DNA of 53,571 nt from Octopus bimaculoides (GCF_001194135.2 NC_069001.1:25342074-25395644), one strand, 5' to 3'; numbered from the stretch's first letter, positions 24,486 through 36,568 are shown. Translations and numbers: made by a program. Notes: a model not told the origin generated them from the letters alone.

Positions 24486-25439
24486 ATGTACAAAAGAAGC
24501 ATTTGAAGTGTCTGAATTTCAGAATGGCCGTATTGTGGTTCATTCTGAAGGGGGACATAGTGTATAATCACAGTAAACGTTGGGATCCCGTTTTCTACAG
24601 TTAATAGAGTGGTCATGCCATTTACCAGGGACGGGAAGGAATCCCCATCACCTCACCCGGATCAACTAAATCTCTCTGACAGAATCCTTCTGTTTGTTAA
24701 GAGAAGTGTGGAAGATAATTCTCATTGCAAGTCCTCTGACATAGCAGATTAAGTTGATTTCAGTCCCAGAACAGCTGTCAGGCATCTCTACAAACTTGGA
24801 GATGGAAACTACGTCTTCGATCAGCGAACATCCAGCGCAGAACAGATTGGGCCACTGATATGATGGAGAGGCCACTCGCATTTTGGGACAGTATTCGAGT
24901 ATGGGCCTGGAGACTCTGTGATCACGAATGTGATGTGAAAAGATTGCTGCCAACAGTGAAACACGGCAGCTATCTATTCTGTAACGGTCTGGGGAGTAAT
25001 TTGGAGCAATGAATGATCAGAGCTTGTGGAGTATAAAGGAGACATAGTCCCAGATGAATACGTGTCGATATTGCGGAAAGGACTCCTTCCAATCTTCTCC
25101 AGCAGTGAAATGAATTAGGAAGACTCTTCATTTATGGAAGATGAGGCTCCTTGTCGCTCGGTTAAAATGATTAAAGATTTGTTAGGTGAGCATGGCATTA
25201 AATAGATTCTGTGGCTAAGCCAGTCACCAGATATGAACCTTATTGAACATCTATGGGACATAAAAGCCACGGCAAGTCATAAAAAGAACAATAAAGCATC
25301 TTCAAACTGAGATCGTTTTAGATTACTGCATGAAACTTGGCAAGAAACTCCATAAGAGAATATTCATCATCTGTTCAGTGACACACCTAAAAGGGTCCTT
25401 GCATCGAAAGATGTAAAGTGTGTGCCTACTAGATATTAA
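24486..25439 (+). pseudogene. Tc1-family transposase pseudogene, near full length
   Basis: Piecewise translation: EVSEFQNGRIV, VGIPFSTVNRVV, SPRTAVRHLYKLG, LLPTVKHG, VTVWG, FMEDEAPCRS, WLSQSPDMNLIEHLWD, VPTRY*; several stops and frameshifts. Confidence 0.9.
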
Positions 25440-25546
25440 ATATTTACATCATAAAAATTAATACGTAATTTGAAAGTAAAATTTCAGATTTAAATTAATT
25501 TTAATGATTATAAGGATGCCTATTTACTTCTATCATGTCTGTGTAT

Positions 25547-25599
<53 letters not shown>

Positions 25600-26727
25600 C
25601 AACAAGTTCAATACACCATATTGAAATACTCGTTTCTTTTTACACCAGTATTTCATTGTTACTGTTCATATACTGCTCATATTTAGCCTAGAAATAAAAC
25701 CGCAAATTTGATTAAAATGGAACAATAAGCTATATTGTGCTTCTCTGGTGCCTGTATCGTCAGCCTTATTAGAATGTAAAACATTGAATCCCGCATAAGT
25801 CGAACGTAAAGAAATATCACAAAATGCTATGAGATTTTTTTCGTTAACAATAATGAGCACACAAACAAATCACCCGTATTTTATCTGAGTGATTTTTTTT
25901 CTTCTTCCAAATTCTTATTAGTTAGAAGCTACCTTTACACATTGGCAAAAGGCCGTATATTTTTAGGAATGCTTTGTCATATAAATTTCACAAGTATAGA
26001 ATTGTTATTCTAACGTATGTTTGTTATTGACAGAGCGATTGTGTGCGATTTTAATTTTTGAGTGTAAATATGTTAAGCACAGCGCATTAGTACATATTGC
26101 TGTCGCTGATCAAATGACGATACAAACCACACAATTCATAATTAGAAAAATGCGCAGTTTTACCGCTTACTAATTAAATGGTCGTATTTGACTCAAAACA
26201 ATGATACTAATAAAGCATTGGTCTTTGTCTGTCTCTGCAGTAATTATGGCACCAACCGCACAAATTATAATTAGAAAATTATCATTCTGTCGTTTTAGGA
26301 AATAAATGGTAGAATTTGATGTTAAACAGTGGCGTTCTTAAAGCAGAGCATTATTAGAAAATAATGACACTATATTTTGGCATTAAATGGTGGAATTTTA
26401 CTATAAACATTGATGCAATTGAAGGTTAAGACTCCACACAGAGATACTGAAACCATAATTAGAAGTACTAATTGATATATTCATATTTATATTCATTGGA
26501 CGGTTGGTTTTTGTAGCTTTTAAAAGGAGAGCATGATTCATGTGTTGCCGCTCAATTTGTGTCAGTATCACAGTGGGATGTTACTGGCCACACGAAAAAC
26601 AGCAATTAGTGGGGCATCAGTCACAGAGCTGATAATTAATTACTTATATGCAAAGGTATTTAGCGGGAGTTATCAATTGATCATTCAGCACATACCTGCA
26701 TTCTGAGATACTAGCCACGGTGTATAG

Positions 26728-26783
26728 CATAATAATTAGTAACAGAAAGAGCCACATAATAATTAGTAACAGAAAGAGCCACA
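26728..26783 (+). repeat. Perfect 27-bp tandem duplication
   Basis: cataataattagtaacagaaagagcca occurs twice in a row. Confidence 0.95.
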
Positions 26784-27340
26784 AGATCACAGCAATTTCA
26801 GGAGTAAAATCTCCATTAAATCGCCGGCAGCAGTTCACTTAAAGTTATGATATGCAGGGCGTGTTCATGAACTTTAAAGTCAACGTCAGCAATATTTGAT
26901 CACCCAACATGAAAAAAAACGTAATTAGATATAACACAGCATTTGACCAATCACTCGACCAATTCCGACAGTCAACAGAACATTTAAAAGTAAATATGTA
27001 ATCTCCTAGATTATGGAAAATAATTCTAGTGACGCCAGACACATGAGCATATAGTGTCGACGGTGATATTTTCTATGCCGGAAAGCAAGAATATGATGAC
27101 CACGACAACGATGATGATGATGATGACGATGACGGTGTCTTGTAAACAGTTACATTGAACTCTGATCAACAAGTGAAGAATTCTTTCGGCTACAATATAA
27201 CGCTTTGTTTTACCCGCTGCATTCGAGTACTATTTTCATCAATTGTTTTTTTTTTCTCCCTAGATGCAATTTTTCATTTCTTCTAAAATGCCTTTCTTAT
27301 TTCTGTCTGATTGTCTCTCTTCGGTACGTTTGCATGCATG

Positions 27341-27396
<56 letters not shown>

Positions 27397-29439
27397 GTTT
27401 TATTTCTTTCTTTGGATTCGTTTTGATTCCAATTACGAGAGATACCCCACATAGTGAAATGATGTATAAACGATACCAACTTTCTACCCTGTAGGACAGT
27501 GAAAATATATCACTGTGATCGATCGGCTCGTTTAAAAACTCGCTCAATCACCAACGAATAGAGTCTCAATACTGTCTCTGTATGCACATTACCTATTTAC
27601 TTATTGAATGCATCACCATGATTTTCATCTCCAAAGAAGACGAGACTAGAGAGTTTGTTTGTCATCACATTTGATCTATAGTCAGTTCACTTCAGACTGA
27701 ATGAGGCTAAGCGCCCAAAATATCAGGAAGAATAACGAACATAAAAACCTCACTACCACCACCATACCAACAAGAACAATACCGGCAAATATTTAGTCCA
27801 AAATCACTGGAAGACCTTCAGTGTAGTGCTTAAGGGACTTCATGAAAATATTGGAAACTATGTCTGCGATTGTGTATTTACAGAAGATGCCCCTTAGCCA
27901 GTTTGGAAAAAAGAAATACAGTTGGTCCAACATCCTAGTGAAAACGAAAGGAATCACACGAAAATGTTAGGAGAATGAAAACTAAGTATCAGCTTATGAG
28001 AAAATGACTATAAAGGAAAAAAAAAATATTGACGAAGAGACGTGATGCATAACAGAAAGAGAGAGGGAAGAAAAAGAGTGAAATGGATGACAGATGTGTG
28101 TACAAGTGACGAAAATGGCCGTTGTGAGATAAATACACATGCAATTATTGTAAGAATATGACGTTACGTAAAAAAAGTGATTAAAAAGAGCAAGAAAGGG
28201 AAGTACAAATATAATATAATTAGGTGATACATGTGTGTGTGTTTGTGTTGGTAGATCTACCCTTATTTTTATGTCTGTATATATATATATATNNNNNNNN
28301 NNNNNNNNNNNNNNNNNNNNNNNNNNNNNNNNNNNNNNNNNNNNNNNNNNNNNNNNNNNNNNNNNNNNNNNNNNNNNNNNNNNNNNNNNNNNNNNNNNNN
28401 NNNNNNNNNNNNNNNNNNNNNNNNNNNNNNNNNNNNNNNNNNNNNNNNNNNNNNNNNNNNNNNNNNNNNNNNNNNNNNNNNNNNNNNNNNNNNNNNNNNN
28501 NNNNNNNNNNNNNNNNNNNNNNNNNNNNNNNNNNNNNNNNNNNNNNNNNNNNNNNNNTATATATATATATATATATATATATTATAAGCAATCACAAGTA
28601 ATCCTTCAGTACTAAGTAAAAAGACAAATAACAATAATCGCAAATCGCATTTCGTATTTTGAGCTCATCCTCCGAGTAATAGTAATGCTCATTACTACAA
28701 TGTCACATCATAATACCGTCCCTTTGAAGATAAAACGCATTATAATCGGAACCTCACTAATATTTGTGAAGCTAATATTAGGAAACTATAGATATTATAA
28801 TATAATCTTCTTTATAGTCCTAATATTCGTGACACTATTGCGGAAATTTTTCGGGAACTGATAAGTAAGCCTTTTCGCATGGACTCCAATACGTTTTACT
28901 TAATGATTTTCCTTACGTTGTACTTCAATCGTAATAACAATTTCATATGCATAATGATTTGATGTGGAGTGTTCGATCTTATTCCTACAAACTGACAAAG
29001 CAATGTATTTGCTATGATATTAGTTTATCAACCAAATTTCTTCTTTCAGATATCGGCGAAAGAAAATGTCGTGGGTGTTTGCTAAAATTATCATTAATGA
29101 AGATTTGCACATTATAATTGTTCATTCAGATATTCTGAAAAAATCACTTCGTGAATTTATTATCCATATATATCGGGATAACAAAGAATGATTCTAACAT
29201 TTATAAAATGCATTCCTCTTTCCCTACAATAATGGTTCCATAAGATGTGATCTCTATTTCCCGGAGAGACGTAATACTTTATTAGAGACTTAAACAATGA
29301 TTCGCCAGTGTCGTTTCAGTGGAGGAGAGAAATATCACCTTCTATGTTGAAATCCACGCAAGGTCAGTTTTGTTTCTATGGTTTCTGTGTCAATGGCAAA
29401 GTACTAATCAAGCGTATTGGCTTGTGGAACTGTAAGAAT

Positions 29440-29665
29440 ATAAAATAAGTCTTCCGAGTTTGATTCCCGGTTGTGACCTGAATAATAATAATAGCATAAA
29501 AATACCTTAGGAATGATAACCCAGGTTCGAAATTTCCTCAAGACACATGATGAAGGCTGGGGGGGGGGTATATCAGCGGAAACGTTGTGTTAACAAACAA
29601 GATGAGGACAAATATCCGTCAAATATAAATAATGTACATAGTTCCTCATCTCTTAAATATTGAAC
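29440..29665 (+). mobile_element. Short non-autonomous repeat with a Penelope-type terminal motif
   Basis: Contains tgatgaaggctg...cagcggaaacgttgtgtt plus B-box-like strings; boundaries approximate. Confidence 0.5.
29542..29591 (+). ncRNA. Minimal type I hammerhead-like motif, probably inactive copy
   Basis: Stem I GACAC/GTGTT; core ATGATGA (C3A) plus extra A; stem II GCTG/CAGC; GAA; palindromic ACGT; U at the cleavage position 29586. Confidence 0.6.
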
Positions 29666-30090
29666 AATAAGTCTTGTGTTAAGTGTTAAGGTGCAATCTG
29701 TCCGGAGTTTCAAACCTACCACGGTCTAACTGGCTGCTAGATTGGACCTATGTGTTATCTAACTGTAACACCTAGGCTTTTCTGTTTTATCGGAGTCCGA
29801 GGTCTGGCAACATTTTCCAACAAACTGCTTGTTTTGAGGAAACAATCTTAATTCCCACCAGTCATGGGTGCTCTGTAAAATGTCATGGCCATAAATTCTC
29901 ATCTCACTCGAAGATGAAAAAAATCATAACGCGATTATATACATGCCCGTGTGTGAAATACATCAGCACACAAATACAAAAAACTCACAAACACATACAC
30001 TGATATATATATATATCGTTGGAAAAAGACAAAGACGGTTGTGTAAACAACAAACAGATGTATTAGTTTAACGCTCGTGAAGTGAGAAAG

Positions 30091-30128
30091 TCTTTAACGT
30101 TTCGAGTCTACGCTCTTCAACTGAAAGA
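30091..30128 (-). ncRNA. Minimal hammerhead-like motif with variant core
   Basis: Minus strand TCTTT-CAGTTGA-A-GAG(CGTAGA)CTC-GAA-ACGT-T-AAAGA. Confidence 0.5.
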
Positions 30129-30271
30129 ACACAGAAGCAAAGAGAGAAAATGTTTAAAAGGTTTAATGGCTAGTGATCAATCATGGCGAATGCCACACGT
30201 ATATAACCTGTATACAACCTGTATAAACGGGATTAATTTAGCTGTCTCGTCGTAGAATGAAGAGAATATTG

Positions 30272-30322
30272 AACACCCTTAATCGATTTTCGAAACCCAC
30301 TGGATTCTCATCAGAGGCGTCT
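30272..30322 (-). ncRNA. Type I hammerhead ribozyme with canonical core
   Basis: Minus strand agacgcct-CTGATGA-GAATCC(AGTG)GGTTTC-GAA-AATCGATT-A-agggtgtt: exact CUGAUGA/GAAA core, G10.1-C11.1 pair, perfect 8-nt palindromic stem III, UUA site. Confidence 0.8.
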
Positions 30323-30519
30323 AGAGCAATTTGTCCTATCCCTGTGAAACAAGGAGACCATCTGTTTCTATACTCAACAATTACACTATCTACTGAAAAT
30401 GGAGTTATTTATTCGTGTATCGTAAGTTTTAACACTTTATTTCAAATATCACACACACTACACACATAGACACTGATGTATATAATTATATGCGTATTTA
30501 TGTATATATATATACATTT

Positions 30520-30526
30520 ATGTGTG

Positions 30527-30608
<82 letters not shown>
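30520..30608. repeat. Long pure (TA)n
   Basis: Directly visible. Confidence 0.98.
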
Positions 30609-30611
<3 letters not shown>

Positions 30612-31144
30612 ACGTTATATACATGCATCTTTCTTTTAAATATCAGATGTATATATGTATTCACGAAACACACTTATATTCATGTATGTACATATGTGTC
30701 TTCTTCCGAAATGTGTTTACTTATCGGTTCATGTTTCATAATTTGTCATCTACATATATGTGTGTGATGTCGCCGGAATACATGTCGTATCGTGAATTAG
30801 TTTCATTTGTAATTATTACAGAAATTTGACCGACGTTATGGCATCACTTATCTTAGCAATATTCCTGTTGTACATGGAAATTAGTTTGTTAGTAAAATAC
30901 AATATTTTGCTTTGGAATGCGTCTGCCAACAGTCTCTGTTGATTATATTTTTCGCATGTTGTTCTTTTTGTTTGCATATGTGGTGTCTCGTCTCCATTGA
31001 ATTCTTGTGTCTTTGCTTACTATTCATTGGTTAACTTATATTTATACTGGCGAAATTTAAGTAATAATTCTTACCACGTTTGAATATCTTGGGTATTTAC
31101 AAGCAGACATACTGATCTTTTGTCTTTTACATTTTAAATCATCC

Positions 31145-31260
31145 ATTTGTTTTAGTCATAAGACTACGGCCATGCTGGTGTATCACGTTCAAGTGTTTAG
31201 ACGAACAAATCGTTAGCAGCACTCATTTGAAGCTGAATCGTTATGATACGGGGGACGGAA
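31145..31260 (-). mobile_element. SINE family B, degenerate fragment
   Basis: tttagtcataagactacggccatgctgg and gaacaaatcg resemble 12228-12430. Confidence 0.55.
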
Positions 31261-31841
31261 ACATTTCTCATGAAATATTTCCTAAAAAATTATAATGGAG
31301 TATCCTGTATGTTGTAAACCTATATGGCCTTATGCATCCGAAGATGGCGGCGTATCTTAAACTGATGTAATGCTTGTAATGTTCGATTAAATAAAGTCGC
31401 CTGGAACGACCTTCACGCACTAATACCTCCACATTCCTGTTATTTGTCTTATACATATATATCCCGTTATGTATTTTACTAAATTATACCAGGGAAATAT
31501 TCTTGAATATTCCTTTCTTAAAAACTTGCATCATAAGAAGCATTAATCATATAATAAGTATTCGAACAGTCATATCCACATCATGATCCACTAAACGAAT
31601 CAGTTCATTGAGGATCTGCCGAAGTCTGAAACGCCAAAAAGCCCTGAAAATTTTTGGCGTCTGTTGCTATTTATTTGCAATACAACCTAATGTGTACAAT
31701 ACAGAAAGTTTCGAATGTACCCTATATCTTATGAAGATCTAGTTATATGTGTAAATAAATTAAGGGCATAAAAAGTTTTTAGTTAATGGATTATATATTA
31801 TATAAGAAGTATTAATGTGTGATTCATTTCGGTTGTCTCAC

Positions 31842-32050
31842 TTTCGATATGAGGAGAAAGATTGAAGATATATAAAGAAGGCAACACAAAGACCGGCAAC
31901 TCTAGCTAAGACCATCACCCGCTCTACCATGCGATCAATGTCCAGGATCATTCTTTCCGGACATGGGATTGCGTGCCACGTTAGATTTAACATGGAGGTA
32001 CCGGACGAACCAGCCTCAGACACATTTAGTGCCGACGACGACGACGACAT
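31842..32050 (-). CDS. Candidate first coding exon of an unidentified membrane protein
   Basis: GC-elevated segment; acceptor ttgttttaatacgtag at 32087, AAC-ATG at 32050, 69 open codons with NVS/NLT sequons and hydrophobic VMVLARVAGLCVAFFIYL, donor AA|GTGAGA. No family recognised. Confidence 0.4.
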
Positions 32051-32561
32051 GTTACTTGGAGTTCTCAAAAAAAATTAGAATTTTCTCTACGTATTAAAAC
32101 AACACTTTTAGCTTCATAATTGGTATCTCACTTAAAAGGCAACCAAATATCGCACAATTTCCAAGACATTAGTTTGGTAAAGGTTGAAATATTTTTTTTA
32201 GGTTAACATCACGGTCAAGGGTTACAGAACTGTAGACACAGACATTGAGCATATAAATCAAGAATTAAAAACACGATGATAACTGGCCGCAGCACGACCT
32301 TCGCGTAATCAATTTTATTAATTAAAGAGGAATACAAATCTACTGTGTACAGAAGACGTATTTTTAATCATATATTCTATAAAATAATCATAATAAAACA
32401 ATGTAAAAATAATATATATAATGACCTGGTATTGACTCATATATTTGTGAAACAGTTATGCTCAGGACTATTGGTATATTGTGTTGGCTAAAACAATATA
32501 AACAATTGTAAAGAACATTTGAAATATCCTATATGTATATCTGTGAATTTATATATATATT

Positions 32562-32606
<45 letters not shown>

Positions 32607-32934
32607 ATGAATGTGAATATTTTTCAGTCTAAGTATGTAATGTAAGCGTGTCTGTATGTAGTTGAACGGCAGGCTAAATTTCATTCTTCCTCAGGAGTTT
32701 TACAAAGGAAGTTGATCATCCGCATATCTCTCTATGAATAGCCCTTGGCTGTTAGTCAGAAAAGATACTTCGAAACTTGCAGAATATGTCTGCGGCACGT
32801 CGGATTTGTTCACCAGCCTAAAAGTGAATTTAACAGTGGTAAAATACATTTAAAAACCTACACATGGCCTCACATGCGAACATACGTATATGTAAATATA
32901 TGCACATACTCACATCACATACACACATACGCTT

Positions 32935-33000
32935 ACATGCATATACATATATATATACACACACGGACACACACACACACACACACATAGATATATTCAT

Positions 33001-33034
<34 letters not shown>

Positions 33035-33161
33035 ATACATATATATATACATATATATGTATATACATATATGTATGTATGTATGTATATATGTATATAC
33101 GTATATGTATGTATGTATGTATGTATGTATATATGTATATACGTATATGTATGTATATATG

Positions 33162-33260
<99 letters not shown>

Positions 33261-33534
33261 ATATCTGTGTGCGTATGTGTGCCTGTGTGTATTCAGGCAG
33301 GGCAAATAAATGAAGAGATAAAAAGTGATATTAAAAAACGTCCGTGTATTTATTCGATATAGTAACAATAGAACATTACTTTGTATTTATTTCTAAACAG
33401 TAATTCATATTTAAAAATAATTTGTTTCCTTTTATACATTTTAGCACGTGAATGTGAACGTTCCCAAATGTACATACTCTTACAAACACATGCATACATG
33501 TATCACACAACCATAAACATACACTTACGCCCTT

Positions 33535-33579
<45 letters not shown>

Positions 33580-33747
33580 TACGTATATGCACTTATATAT
33601 ATACGTATATATAAGTATATATATATTTAGATATATATATATATATACACGCATATATATATATAATGATATGTACATAAGTGTGTATGTAACTGTGTGT
33701 GCATATAGGTATAAATATGTATATAGATATATATATCGATAAATGCA

Positions 33748-33788
<41 letters not shown>

Positions 33789-33790
33789 GA
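32935..33790. repeat. Large compound TA/CA/TATG microsatellite blocks
   Basis: Directly visible at about 32935-33260 and 33535-33790. Confidence 0.93.
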
Positions 33791-34455
33791 ATACCAACAC
33801 AAACACCACACTCCCACACACGTTTAATCTGATAGCTGTTTTTTCTTTTTTCTGATAGAGCACATTTATTCTATGCAAAATATAATACTTCATTAAATAA
33901 CAACAACAACAACAGCAACAGCTACTACAATAACAACAATAATAATTGTGGTGATGATGACGTTGGCCGTAGTGGTCGTGAGGACGATAATCATGATGCT
34001 GATGATAATAATATAAGTTATAAAGCATAAATGAGATAAATGCAAAGTAAAATACATGATAAAATTTAAAAAGTAAACACAGAATATATCGATCCCAGCA
34101 GAGATCAATTGATGAGATCTGAAGCCATGTTTCTGGACTGCGGGTTTTACTATTCTAAACGACCAACCCACCCAACAACTGTGACTCAAAATATGACCTC
34201 GTCTGCTCTTCTTCTTTCTTCTAATATCAACAATATAGGCAAAAATACAACAATACAGGGAAAAAAAAAGAGGAAAATATCTATTAAAAAAATAATGAAT
34301 ATAGTTAGAGTAACAACGATGGTATCATTATTAACAAATGTGAGAAAAGAAGCCTTCAGCCTGTCAGGAAAACGCTAGAAAGAACAGCCAAATATTTCTA
34401 AAGTCAAACATTACTGTATTTCATGACGAAATTGTATGTTTGATGATGTATATAT

Positions 34456-34737
34456 AATAAAATGTTTTGAATGGTACAACAATGCACTATAATAAAAGCA
34501 ACGGACTATATACCTGTTGTAATTTAGTCATCCATAGTATGATATTTCAGAATAAAATTCCTTCTTCAGATATGCTTAGAGTTTCTGCTATAATCTAGCA
34601 GCGACTCCATCAAAGAATATCTGAAGGACGAATTTAATTCCGAAATATGATCAGACTATGGATGACTAATTTACAGCAGTTATATAGTCCATTGCTTTTA
34701 TTATAGTGCATTGTTGTACCGTTCAAAAGTGTTTATT
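34456..34737. repeat. 282-bp near-perfect palindrome (foldback)
   Basis: Arms pair from aataaaatgttttgaatggtacaacaatgcactataataaaagca to the central ctgcta-taatc-tagcag hairpin. Confidence 0.9.
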
Positions 34738-34781
34738 CGTTACAAACAATACGCAATGCTTGGAGCGAACTACAATACTGT

Positions 34782-34820
<39 letters not shown>

Positions 34821-35157
34821 NNNNNNNNNNNNNNNNNNNNNNNNNNNNNNNNNNNNNNNNNNNNNNNNNNNNNNNNNNNNNNNNNNNNNNNNNNNNNNNN
34901 NNNNNNNNNNNNNNNNNNNNNNNNNNNNNNNNNNNNNNNNNNNNNNNNNNNNNNNNNNNNNNNNNNNNNNNNNNNNNNNNNNNNNNNNNNNNNNNNNNNN
35001 NNNNNNNNNNNNNNNNNNNNNNNNNNNNNNNNNNNNNNNNNNNNNNNNNNNNNNNNNNNNNNNNNNNNNNNNNNNNNNNNNNNNNTATATATATATATAC
35101 ACACATAGAGAGAGAGAGAGAGAGAGACCAAAGTGTACGTACGCCACTATATTTTTA

Positions 35158-35545
35158 TATATAAAAAATACAAAAATGGGACAAGAACGCAAAACATCCA
35201 GACAGGTAATAGAAAAAAGGGACAACAAAACAGCCAGATAGACGATACAAACAAAACAAGGATAGGTCATTCGTCCTTGTCCTTGTTTTCGTATACATTC
35301 GCTGATTTCTTCCAAGGAATCTGGTGCTCTTAGCTTAATTTTAACTTTGGGCTGACCAGATTGGAGCAATCTCGAATATAACCAGCCAAAATTACAAAGT
35401 TAATCTGGAAATCGACCGAGGAAAGCAAACACCGAAAGACCTGCAGTTGTTTTCTTTGTATCTGAATGTTTTGTCGTCCCTTTTTTGTATCACCTAACTC
35501 TTTGGATTGTTTGCGTTGTTGTCCCATTTTTGTATTTTTTATATA
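35158..35545. mobile_element. MITE/foldback with about 100-bp imperfect TIRs
   Basis: tatataaaaaatacaaaaatgggacaa at both ends in opposite orientation; similarity continues through aaaaaagggac. Confidence 0.8.
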
Positions 35546-35767
35546 CATATATGTGTGTTTGTGAGTCTGAGAGTGTCTGGCGTGTGTAGGTGTTTATGAT
35601 AGCGTCCAGAAAGAGGTGTATTTTTGAACAAAGAATAATAATATTTAAAAAAAATACGAACAATACAAAAAGAAATAAAATTATTCAGCGAAACACAATT
35701 AGCCCAAAATTTAAATTTCCTTAACATATTTTTTCCAACAATCACGGTGGAATATTGATATGAACAA

Positions 35768-35958
35768 GGCGGTGTAATGCTTAGCGGGGTTTTGTCTATC
35801 TTTACGGTCGAAGTTCAAATTCCACCGAGGTCGACTTTGCCTTTCATCCTTTCGGTGTCGATAAATTAAGTACCAGTTGCGTACTGGAGTCGATGTAATA
35901 GACTCATATCCTCCCACCAAATTCCGGGCCTTATGCCTAGAGTAGAAAAGAAAAGAAG
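35768..35958 (+). mobile_element. SINE family A with 14-bp TSD and deletion in the head
   Basis: attgatatgaacaa at 35754-35767 and 35959-35972; core gaggtcgactttgcctttcatcctttcgg; tail gcctagagtagaaaag. Confidence 0.9.
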
Positions 35959-36432
35959 ATTGATATGAACAAAATATGTTACAAAGCGGATGAAGAGTGC
36001 AGCATTCTCATTGGTTAACCAAAAGATTGTTTGATATCAATTCATTTGAAGCAATGTTTAGCAAAACAAAAATAAATTCTTATGAATTTTTGCGGCCATA
36101 AACCTGACACTCGTGATTTTGTTTTGAGCAGGCGATAATTAGATACATACACACAAGCACACAACCATAAATTTCGGTGAGTGCATACACCCACTGAAGA
36201 TAGTGAATGCATTCATGCCCAAATCTACGCACAGGTACTTATTTATGCAAAGCGTATTCCCTAACACAGCCATGTAATCTATATAGTTGCACGTGCAATC
36301 AATCAAACATGTACGCGTTTATACACAGAAAATGCACATATACATATACGCTCATTGTTTCACGTATACGTATGCGAAAAGCGATAAAAGCATACTCATA
36401 TGTGTGTATGTGTATATCTATATTATGTATGC

Positions 36433-36467
<35 letters not shown>

Positions 36468-36529
36468 CATATATGTATATAGATACATATATATGTATAA
36501 ACATATCGGTGTGTCTGTCAGTATATATG

Positions 36530-36568
<39 letters not shown>

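Noticed and set aside
28772-28832. AT-rich imperfect hairpin (aatattagga/tcctaatatt)
   Set aside because: Large internal loops and low complexity; not a convincing pre-miRNA or TIR pair.
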